Source: Lingula anatina (Eukaryota > Animalia > Brachiopoda). Taken from it: a DNA stretch of 64,000 bases. Below the pieces are notes generated by a model that saw nothing but the letters and a program-made list of their open reading frames with translations, was not told the DNA's origin and did not search any database. This document shows, one piece after another, positions 53,108-64,000 of the stretch. The DNA lies in NCBI GenBank assembly GCA_051362555.1, contig CM120642.1:20832001-20896000 (forward strand), given 5' to 3'. Position numbers and translations under genes: made by a program. How positions within the stretch are numbered: position 1 is the stretch's first letter; each line of letters begins with the position of its first letter.

Positions 53108-54727
53108 ATGGGAATGCATCCTCAGTTTCACTGGTTTCGGGGTTTGCCTTTGGCGTGCTTTTTTAGATAATCTTCATTTTCTTTATATCGGCCTTGCTGC
53201 ACAATTTTATGCGTATTGTATTTGTGTATTCGTTTACCAACTCTCTCAACCCACTTCCGCATCAATATTCTTTGCCTCCCATGTTTTACATTTACGAAAC
53301 GCATGATCAGTCGTGTATGTCTTTATACACAGCTCTGTTTAACCCCTCAAGCAAACTTTTCCCCTTAAAATGTATCCCAGCTATATAGTGGCACAAAGTC
53401 AAAGTAACAACCAAATAGTAGGGTTGCGTGAGATTTACCAAGACTTCAACATCAGTTTGGGGTTAAAAGATAGTGTACTTATTATAGCGATCGACACAAC
53501 AAGCAATATTACTACCGATTGTGCATTATCTAAATATCGGGCTACTAAATAACAATTTTCCAAACACACCACTATTAAAATGGTTGTTCTCTACATTTAA
53601 GGTGGTAGTGAAGATATATTTCATATGCACAAGAGATCAGATATGTACACTATGACTGAGACAGTTCTTCACAATTTGCATGAGAAAAGCCATGGTCGGT
53701 GAAATACTGCTCTGCATATCCTTGTGCAATGAATACCCGGGTGCATGATGAGTCAGATAACAGGACTGAGATAAACATTTAAAATTAAGATGTCATCCGG
53801 TTAAAAGGCGTGTTTTGAGCCAGGTAATTCGCTATTCCACTTTTCTGTGTAAACACCACAGGTGCAGTGTAGGATATTACAAAAATGGAATGCAATTTAC
53901 ATCTTTTTGTTCACGACCAGAGTTACCAATACCATGACATTAAAGGAATGGGGATAGTTTAATTGTCCAACCAACACCGTCTGTCACTCCGGGGAGGAGG
54001 TGCCGGGGGCAGTTTGGGGAAGGGTTGTCTCATGTCCTCAAGAAAAATAACGTGCAAAATTAACAGTGGTGGATATTTAAGACAAGCGCGTTAAAAGAGA
54101 GACGAATATATGGTGGTGTAGAAAGGTAAAACATAGTTGGTGTTAAAAAGAAATTTATCTATACTGGTACATGTACTTACATATACATAAAGGAGTTATA
54201 AGATTAAGGGAATCAAAATCTAAAGGTAACTATGGTCTTCAGTAATAATGTTTTCCGAAAATGAAAATGGGTATAATACGATAATTCGTACCGGGCCTTC
54301 CCAAAATTGGTGTACTCTGTTCAAGAAGCTGTAACACCTTTCGCGAGATCAGGGACGCGAAATCTCTCGCACGACCGATCGTGCGTACGATGCATTTTCA
54401 AAAAAGATGTGTACAACATGGAATAAAATGTTTTATATGTTGCAATAACTGCCTTAAGGTATAAATTTCAGGTGGCCTCTTCTACTGTATTGGCATTGTT
54501 ATTTAGTGTGTCTGTGAAAATAGCGAAAAAGAAAGGGCATAAAGTGAAGCATGGTATGACGCAAGTTGAAAGTAAACGATTTTTTAAACCTTTCGCCATT
54601 TTAATGGACTTCCCTAAAACAATAAAATAATATTTTCTTTTCTAGAAGACAGCGAAAAAGTTCTCAACTTATCGGGTATTATCTGATTAAAAGGCGTATT
54701 TTGAGAACCTCATTATCCACTGTGAAT

Positions 54728-57711
54728 ATGGAGAACAGCACAGGTAAGACATAACAATGGTGTAGTGTCCATCAACGTGACACGTGCTGTGTGATTTAAT
54801 ATCAGTTATTATTATTTAAATAATTAAAATTTCAAAGTAAATGCAGCATAGGGATTTTATAATTTGTGAAACTATGTCGTTTTAGATCGTACACTTTACC
54901 ACAATGTATGTATGTATGTATTCCATCTTGTTTAGGTATTTTGTAAACATACATGTCTAAAATTATAAAGTGCGCATAATTAAATTAAAAAAAAAACACC
55001 TCTCTTTACAATATTTACTTCATTCGCGTACATACATGCAGTGTGTTGACTGAATATAGAAGTTGAAGGTAATATTCATAATGGACATTAAAAGCAAAGA
55101 AATGGAAAACGCGACCAAAATTGACCCGTCTCTGCATTTGGATTCTATGTTTTCTATCATTTTAAATCAAATAAATTAGTTCTAAATATTTCTCAAAACA
55201 ATTTGACCGTCATATCTTTCTGTACATTTGAGATAATTGTCATCAAGTACTTAGTTTGAGGTATTTTAGGGTCTGGATTCGGAGAGATAATGAGCTTTAC
55301 AGGATGTTTAGGTAAAGAAAGACTTTTACAAACGCAGACAGTATACCTTGAACCTAAGACCCAACATATCTTAGCTTGAACTTATCACCTTATAGTATTC
55401 ATTTTTTTATATTTTCTCAAAAACCAAACGTAGCGTCCGATTTTGCGCCAACCAGTGGAGTGATTCTTAGCGAAGAAAAGCTGATATGGTTGGTAGTCTG
55501 TAGCGCCATGACAGGGGTGTGTTTCATAGCAGCAACAGTAGCGTACATAAGGTGAGCACGGTAAACAAGGTGATTATCCTTGTAATAGTTTTGCCCTCTC
55601 TAAGAAGTATGGTAAACAGTTATACGCATGACAGATAATAAGGTAAAAAATAAAAGAAAATAATATGTATCAAATTACTCATCTCTCTCATCATAGTCAT
55701 TTTCTTTACTTCACGTACCACAAATGCCTTACTGAAAATTAGATGAGAAATGAATAAGTTGCTTTACACGTGTACCGGGCATCTTTAAAGGGCGAGTACA
55801 GAGTAAGATATACAAAGCTATTTAAGTTGACTTAATGCCAAAAAGAACGTGCCTGCTTTTTAATTTTAATATCAGTTTTAATAAATTGGATAAATAAGGT
55901 ATGGGTTAATACAGAGTGGATACATATGTATCCGAGACATTTTTGCCTTTATAAACTGACACTGTGTAAAGTTAATTTCAAATGAATATTTAGAATAAAT
56001 AATGTCTTTTTATTGCTGTCTGATTGCTGTTTGTAAGGCATAGGAAATGTGTTTAACTATTGTTACCTGATACATTTAGCAAGGTCCGCAAAATGCCCAG
56101 GGCGAAAAAGAAAAGAAGAGAGGAAAAACTTAAGAAAGATAAAAGTGAGTTCTATATGTTGCATCGTTTTATTATGTAGAGCACAATATTACGCAAAACA
56201 ATGTTATAAAACAACACAATTAATAACTGAATAATAAATTCCTTTGCTATTTCGTTTTAGTTAATAGAATGTGCTTATCTCGAGAATGACGCCTTTTTTT
56301 CAGGAAATCTGGAAACCTCAGTCCGGGTCGTGGTTTTTAAAAATCAACGAGGGCGAACAATATCTGAATTCCTGCAAATAAGTCAAGATAAAGGCTTGAT
56401 TGAAAAGGAGCATCAGGTTTGTTGCGTGATAATTATATTTTCAGGCGTCTTGGTAATAAAATTCATCAAGATCCATATGAAGGTTTCATAGCCAGAACAA
56501 ATCTGTTGAATGATAATAAGAGCTCCTACCCCCCCCCCCCCCTCCCCGCACGCTCCAACGCCACGTCCCAACATCATATACCAAATGGGACTATTTTTTT
56601 TAATATGTCGGCCAGAACGCAAAACCAAATATCCACATGTGAGAAACAGTCGAATGTGGATGCACTGTATACCTGGTGATGGCGTTTAAAGAATATTATG
56701 CAGGTGCCCACTCAGTCATGCATACAGTCACGCTTTAAAAGCCTTTTGCCATAATTATAGCAAGAGATTATGCTCTCATTGTGAGGCTTACCCCTGGCCT
56801 CATGGATATTTTGTCACTTTAAGAAGACAGTAATTTTAATGTCCTCAAATTATAATCAAACAAACATAATGACAACAAGAAATAAAAGTATAATTAAGTA
56901 GATATTATACCATACACCCTTGGTTATATTTCTAATCAGAGAGAATGGTTTTCAGGCCTTAACTAAAATAGCTCTGGAGAGGGAAATGTTAAGACGTGAT
57001 GGCAAGATTCATACCAAAGATAGTTCGCGAACTTCCGGTATGTATTAAAAGTTTAATTATCTTCGTAATTATATACTGATGTCGCAAGTTTTGAACTGAT
57101 AATCCTTCAAGTGCATCGTCTGAGTGGTAAAGGGTAATCCATATTTAACTGCTATCAAGGCTTTCTTTTACTCTGCGAGATATGTTATATATATACATGT
57201 ATATATACATGAATTTGGACCTCAGTTTGATTCACTAAATCAAAACGAAATATACCTGAACACACGCGTTCAAAATGAACATCCATACTAGAGAATTATT
57301 TCTGTAATACTATTAGTTTCATTGATTGTATTTGTATATCTAGTAATCTTTTAACTTTCTCAGATCTAGCATGCCAGTTGGTGATCCAAGACAAGATGGC
57401 AGCCTTTCTCAAGGACACGAAGCTGAATCCTTTTTACGTCGATGTAGGTCAAGTCATAGGCTGTTTACGCCATACACCTGTAAAATTATTATAACTATAT
57501 TATTAGGTGAATTGTGTAAATTAGAAATATAAAAGAAATCACACACACGGTAGGTAACATACGCTCATAGGCCCACATTCTTCTCCACACAGGCGGATCC
57601 ATTTTTGATGCCACAGCTCCAACCTGGGTGGAACTTTCGTTTGTTTACCCTTATAAAGGAATGTTGTACAAATACATATGCTTAAAAAAGTTTCCTGTCA
57701 CGAGCTGATTG

Positions 57712-57742
<31 letters not shown>

Positions 57743-59817
57743 ATTGAACATAATTATTGTTTCAGGGATACAAAAACCGGAATGCTTACCTTGTTCACAC
57801 TGGTAAGTGACTATGTAACTTTATAGAGTTACGAATTATTTAATGACCAATTCAAATTTTAAAATATTTTTTTAAGGCAGGAAATTGACAGTCATTTTCA
57901 TTTAATTTCCTTAATTTTTACATCTTTGTCCTTTTTTCAATGTTGCATTCTTCTGTATTCATTTTTTCGCACCCTACACGGCTATTTCGTGTTCTGCCCT
58001 TTATATAGGTTTACGCCAAACTTTATCACATTTATCACCTCTCCCTGTAGTGCCGAGCCTATGTACGCGCTCTCAAACTTTAATAGATTTTTTTATAAGT
58101 GATGACATTTAATTAAAGTATTTTCAATATGACATATCTACATTATTAAAGGGATAACAACTCTTCATATGAGATCTATATTTTACAATAAATACATCGT
58201 AAACAACTCATAGAAATATAATATATTCTGTTTTACCACAAAAACGGCAGTTATAGCGTATTATTCTGAAATCTGAGCTCGTCATCGGACCACGTGACCT
58301 TCATAGATGGCTATACTCTGTAATAATCTCTGAAGATATTATTACAAAAAAAAAAAAAAGAAAAGAAAAACAAAAGTCTGAATGTAGAAATGGATTCATT
58401 AACCATTGGTAAGTATAGAAAAATTGTTGTTTACCCCAGGAAAATTAATTTTTTGGGCCAAAATGAACAGGTGTTATCCCTTTAAATGGTTGTGACTCAC
58501 AATAATTGTTTTATGTTGATACTTAGTTTTTATTACCCCCTAGCAAATTCCTTTTCTTTGCTTTATGAAGGATATTGTGGTTATCTTCTTCAGCTCCTAC
58601 AAGAGAAACTTTGGAATCTTTCTGGGATGTGGTATGGACCCACGGCTGTCAGTGCATCCTTACACTTACCCCCTCCTTTGATTACAGTGGGGTACGTTGT
58701 ACACATGAAATGATGTATAAGCATGTGCAGGCGTCAATATCAGTGTAACTTAGTCCATAATAGATGATCAATTTCCTCAAAAGCTATTTGTCCAAACGCT
58801 ATTGAAAATTGAATGGGGAAATTTTGTATTGCTAACTTGATGTCCACTAAATTTTTCAACCCTATTGCAATTTATTTAATAGGACGTGGTTCCATTTTGG
58901 CCTAAACAAAACTGAAATCCAATCAAACTTTAATGCAAAGATTTAACCCATTTAGCTAACCCCACAAAATTACTCTCAAAGCGTCGCCTAAAGATCAAGT
59001 TGATGAAGTTTTGCCGCCGACATTGAACTGTGTTTTGACAGGATAGACAAAAAGAAACAGCCACAAAAATAACTGAAATTTTAGATATGTCCGTTAAAGA
59101 ACTCGTTCTGGAATATTTTATTTGGTGTTCTGTATGGCATACTAGTTTTTCACCTTTTACCGATTCAGATTTTATGTTGTGAATACTGGCACGTGGCCAC
59201 TGCGGGGGGTTATCACGTGGAGATTCAGAACACTGTGACACGCGCAGACTGGATAAAGCGGACCATCAGCGTAAGAAAGGTACATGCCAGTAATTTCGGT
59301 TATCCTTTATTTGACTGTAGTTCATTATGTCTCTACGTGGGCTCAGTCCGTAAATTATTTGTAAGTGGTTTTGCATGATATAATGGTTATGAATTTTACC
59401 TATAACGAAGCAATATCTATTCAGAATGACTGCGACCAGGAGAGACTCATACAACATTATCAGGCGAAGAGCTGGGAGCGCCACAGGTGCCCCGACCCAA
59501 TTCTCTTGTTAAATATCCGGAGAGAAGTTAACCTGTCAATGTCACACGAATCCCAAAAAGGACAAGTAACCCCGCTGTTGGTGCACGAAGCGTATGTCCA
59601 CCTGTTACCTGTCGCCTTGGGTGGCACGCCTCTTTCCCGTCGTGTCACTTCCTCACACTGTACATATACTGTAATTATAGTAAAAACAATCCCCCAACGT
59701 TTATTTACTGGTCTTCTTTATTCTCTTACAAACATAGAAATTTACACTGTGCTTGGTTCTCTATGCACTGATCACACTGTTACTACTGCTTTAACTCGAT
59801 CTGTAAAACTTCCATTC

Positions 59818-59848
<31 letters not shown>

Positions 59849-62800
59849 TTTTTTTGTCAATAGGCAATATCTTTAAGTGTGTTAGGTACGTTAGGGTTCC
59901 CCCTTATCTGGTTAGATAAAGCGAAAAAAAATTGTCATGGAAGACAGATGTCTTTCTAAACGACTGGTCAATTATTTAAAACTAAACTATTTAATTAAAA
60001 ATTGGATGAAAAATTCAAATGCAGGGAGTGGTCACGTAATGATTCGTGAGGAGAAAATTGCTAGTCCAGAAGAATTCATTTTGACGATAAACATTTTGCC
60101 TCCCTGTGTGCAGAAGAGCGTGTGGTGTGCTCTGAAGTGTTTGTTTTCATTGCCCTAATATCAAAACAAGTATTTTACATAAAAGAAACTAAACGGGAAA
60201 AAGCTATTTTGTTAATGTATGCCTATGACGTATCGAACTCCTTTGAGTATTGCACTCCACACCTTCTAACACTAAATTCCTGTAATACAATTTTGCAGTA
60301 TGTTCTTTTTGAAAGTTAACATAGTCCAACTTGTAGCTGGAATATTACTCTTCTAAGTAGTCAGTTTACAATATTTTGTCATATATATTGAATAACGTAA
60401 CGTTATCATAAAATCATCATCACAGAAAAGTAGGATTTATTTTGTATTTCTATAACAGTGCTATTACATCTCGAAACTGTAAAAATATCTAAAATTATAT
60501 AGTTTATCTGAATATTATCCCATATGTTGATTTTTGAATCTGTGATGAACTTTCAGGTTCAACTCTATTGACAAGGTTGGCGCCTACATCGCTGTGGACG
60601 CAATCTTGGAGCGAATGGACGCCACCAAGAGCGTCCAGATCTTTAACGCCGTTGCCTATCTTCGGAAGAAAAACCCAAGAATGCTGGAAACATTAGTAAG
60701 CCTTAAGTGATTCTTTACTTTAAACTGTCAAATATCGTCGAAAGGTACGGAAAAGACTACGTTGACTGCTGGTGGGAGGATAGAAAAAAACTTGAATTTT
60801 AATTTATCAAAATAATCCCCTTCAATTCAATAAATCGTTTTCTATGCCACCGATGGTTTCGATATTGCCTATAACTTAAATGATAACAAATTACTTCCTT
60901 TTTTAGCAAAACTACCAATTTGTTTATGCCACAGTTGCCACCCATGCTGTATGTGACGACACTACTGTTCAACGAAAAGATCTTGTTGGAGTGACAAAGT
61001 TTTTAGCATGGAAGTCTCCAGGCTGGAGCGAGACAGGATTTTCGAAGGAATTTAAGGTACCGGTTGAAGAAAATTGTATAAATACTCACATTGTTAAAAT
61101 GGCCTACCTCACTTATACGTATCCATATCACATTCAAAAATTACTTTACAGGTTTAAATATACTAAATATAAGCAAAAAAATGAGTAATACTTCAAGAGA
61201 GGTATAAAAAGAATAAAAAGAGTCAGTGGACTCAATGTTTCACTTATTTCTGTTTAATACAATTGTGTCTCAGCTGCTGACCTCCCTGACCCCCGTCCTG
61301 ACCAGTGGCGAGTGTGCGGCCGGATTCAGGAGTGAAAACTTGCACAAAAACAGGAATTCAGTCCTGCTACCTCGTAAGTTTCATTTATTTACTTCCTGAT
61401 CTATACTGGTATATACTGTTTATCTATATTTAAACTATGTAGGTCTACTTGTGCGAAGCATGTAACCGCGTGAGAAAATAATTTGAAATAAAGCGTATTC
61501 ACTGTTTTTACTTTCTTGTCTGTGCGGCCTAGGAATAGTTTGATTTCAGTTAAGAACGAGATACCAACCAGTATTGTTAATTTTGAACGAAATAAAATAT
61601 TGGTCTAGGAAAAATAATTTGACACATCGTGTAAATCAATGGGAAGGGTGGGGTTGACAATAGGTATTATATTATATTATATTATATTATATTATATTAT
61701 ATTATATTATATTATTATTTTGTATATAGTATATTGAATGGCCTTATATGTTTTAGAATATACTGCCAGAGTATTCAGCTTTAAACTAGTGACTTTCTAT
61801 GGAGATATCTTTGCATGCAAGCTAAAGCTTTCTATTTCAGCTGACAGATGCCGACCCTATTTAAAAGCCGATTCAGTTAGTAGTCATAGTGATTACATCA
61901 ATGCAGTTTACATTAACGTGAGTATGTTACGGCGGTGGGAGTAATAACAGATAATAACAGATATCGTTTGCAGTTTATCTGCATTGCTTGTTTAAGGTCC
62001 CTTTACACTGGACAGCGTCCTTTCTGCATCCTTCAGCAAAATGTGATCAGTACGCTCAACGGTCGCCAAAGCAATTAAATCGTGTCTCAGTGTAAAGGCA
62101 TCTGCGTTCCTTGTGCGTCCTTTGCACGACCGAATCTTAATTTTACCTGTAAAACTGCGAGCGACCTGTGCGTCCTCTGAGCCACCTGTGCGTCCGCTGA
62201 TCATGAGCGACCGGTCTGCTTCCCCTGTGCGTCCCCTGTGCAACCCGCGGCGTCCATTGCGATGTTTTCAAGAGCGACCATTGAGCATCCTCGTTGCGTT
62301 CTCTGTACCTTTATCGGCAATCAATGGCGACCACTCTACGATCTTTCTGCCTCCTGCTAGACCGATGAGCGTTGTTTGGGCGTCCTTCTCTATATTCTAA
62401 CTCATATTTTTTCATCGGTTCTAACCAGGTCATCCAATTAAGAATATTTCCAGCAAACAAAACAAATAAATAGGAATAAACGCTTTAAACTAAAGTAATG
62501 CAAGGTTTGCATGGACGGACTGATAATCAGCCAGATTCTCATTGTTATCCTTATAAGAAGGATGGACCGGCGCCGAAAACGAGAAAGTATGACTGACACA
62601 ACATAGAATGTTTGAATCCGTTTTCAGATGACCCATTCTGCAAAAAGTTCTGACAAGTACTGCATCTTGTAAAAAAGGCAAAACATTCGTTTTATAATAA
62701 CCTCCTAAAAATAGATCGGTTCATGAATTTTAGGGGAAAAACAATCGGAGGCTGATATGAGACCACTGTTGCCCTTAGAATTCCTGTCTGGTAAAAATAC

Positions 62801-63803
62801 TTCAGCACGGCCCCGTTTGAGAGTGAAAAAAAAAAATGTTCTACGTGCCGAACACTGGACGATCTTTGAGTTTTCGTTCTGCTCCAAAGAGCTGCTTGTG
62901 CCTTCTTTCTACGACCGCGGCGATGCTTGTGCGTCCTCTCTGCGACCACGGCGATGCTTGTGCGTCCTTTCTGCGTCCATTGAGCGACCTTGCAGCGTCC
63001 ATCCTCCATCGCGTTCTCTCTGCGATTATTTTGAACATGCTCAAAACTTTGCGGCGTCCATGGCGTCGAAAAACAAACAGTATATCACGTTTGGACACGA
63101 CGCCCCCCCCCCCCCCCTTCCCCCGTTCCTGAATGAGAATCCATTGAAATGTAGTGAGATATTATGTTAGCTCTTATTGTAGATTAAATATGTGGCAGCT
63201 GACAGTGAGTCTCATCTACAGAGCCCAATACTTAAATACTTTAATACTTTATGTTACAAATCACCAAAGGTCATCTTCATTCATAATCAATTTACAGAGC
63301 TTCTACAGCGACCAGCAGTTTATAGTGACCGAGTGGCCCATGCAGAATACTATTGTGGATCTGTGGCGACTTCTGTACGACTCTCAAATTCCAACGCTTG
63401 TGATATTGGACCACATGGACTCCAGGTTTGACCGTTGGGTAAGTCCGGTATGAAACAGGGTTTCCATAGTAACTGCAAATAAAACCATCGGTTGAGGTAT
63501 ATGATATTGATAAATGACTGCCTACTCAGTTTCGTGGCCATCTAGAAAAGGGCATGGTTGAAAGAAGCACCTCACCCACACCACACATATTTCAAAGTAT
63601 GACAATGGCTTAAAACTGAGTATCATCATCATGCTTGAAGACGGTGAAAGACCATGAAAGAATGCCACTGATTCTTATTGTAGAGATACCCACATTTCTG
63701 GCCTGGTTTCCCGGAAACTGAAGTACACGATGGACTCCAAGTGACGCTAACTGAGACCAGGCGGTACCCAAACATCACGACGAAAACATTCAATATAAGA
63801 AAG
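54728..63803 (+). CDS. Receptor-type tyrosine-protein phosphatase-like protein (TM plus tandem PTP domains; PTPRM/K/T- or PTPRA/E-like); D1 catalytically degenerate; 3'-incomplete at the window end
   Basis: Exons (GT-AG, phase-consistent): 54728-54743 (MENST, start tentative), 55270-55311, 55434-55551 (TM LIWLVVCSAMTGVCFIAATVAYI), 56080-56144 (basic KVRKMPRAKKKRR), 56304-56416, 56956-57037, 57364-57443, 57766-57802 (GYKNRNAYLVH), 58594-58691 (ETLESFWDVVW), 59169-59279 (CCEYW), 59425-59591, 60557-60695, 60907-61056 (QNYQFVY..CDDT..FSKEFK), 61274-61373 (ENLHKNRNSVLLP), 61841-61917 (PDRCRPYL..SDYINAVYIN), 63298-63438 (FIVTEWPMQNTIVDLWRLLYD), 63684-63803 (YPHFWP). Confidence 0.88.
58150..58481 (+). 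mobile_element. Kolobok-like non-autonomous element (TTAA TSD)
   Basis: TTAA-AGGGATAACA ... TGTTATCCCT-TTAA. Purine-purine termini with a TTAA TSD are Kolobok hallmarks. A second copy lies at 36173-36508. Confidence 0.8.
61668..61718. repeat. (ATATT)n microsatellite
   Basis: Direct inspection. Confidence 0.88.
61996..63070. mobile_element. Harbinger-like transposon remnant filling most of a PTP intron
   Basis: TAA-GGTCCCTTTACACTGG left end, internal inverted copy CAGTGTAAAGG (62088-62098), and two CpG-rich blocks of TGTGCGTCC/GCGACC repeats. No right TIR found. Confidence 0.55.
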
Positions 63804-63845
63804 GTACACATATAACGACATTTTGTTTTTCTTCTTCTTCTTTCA

Positions 63846-63871
63846 CTCTCTCTCTCTCTCTCTCTCCCTCT

Positions 63872-63907
<36 letters not shown>
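63846..63907. repeat. Compound (TC)n(TG)n microsatellite
   Basis: Direct inspection. Confidence 0.9.
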
Positions 63908-63910
<3 letters not shown>

Positions 63911-64000
63911 TTGTTATTTTGTTCTTTAATAAAAAATAATGTGAGAAACATAGCAGAAGGAAATAAAGAAAATTGCTGTGATAAGTCAGTTTATTTTCTT

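Noticed and set aside
54224-54455. Weak TIR pair (AGGTAACTAT / ATAACTGCCT) around a CpG-rich patch
   Set aside because: Only about 7/10 complementary with no clean TSD; insufficient to call an element.
59592-59919. C-terminal part of the 184-aa ORF 59365-59919
   Set aside because: Only 59425-59591 is exonic; the rest is intron read-through including a poly-T (poly-Phe) run.

Overview
Eukaryotic, AT-rich, intron-dense DNA, most consistent with a lophotrochozoan or mollusc-like invertebrate (inferred from gene structure and repeat types). There are no prokaryotic features, and most of the supplied ORF track is noise. I assembled three spliced genes by hand with consistent splice phases. (1) A ubinuclein/yemanuclein gene (HIRA-complex subunit; + strand, CDS 993-16692, 17 exons, about 1307 aa), whose intron 11 hosts a tRNA-Trp(CCA) gene and a pre-miRNA-sized hairpin. 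(2) A secreted carbonic anhydrase-related protein of the CA10/CARP type (- strand, CDS 48458 down to 22893, 10 exons, 317 aa), with a GC-AG intron and two of three zinc histidines retained. (3) A receptor-type tandem-domain tyrosine phosphatase (+ strand, from about 54728 off the window end). It appears to have only a ~35-aa ectodomain and no signal peptide, and its membrane-proximal D1 domain has lost the catalytic Cys, the WPD loop and the P-loop Arg. Genes 2 and 3 are head-to-head, which recalls the CA-domain plus PTP fusion of RPTP-gamma/zeta, but this link is speculative. Introns and intergenic DNA carry several non-autonomous DNA transposons (Harbinger-like, Kolobok-like, Helentron-like), a SINE remnant, a 630-bp C-rich minisatellite and microsatellites.
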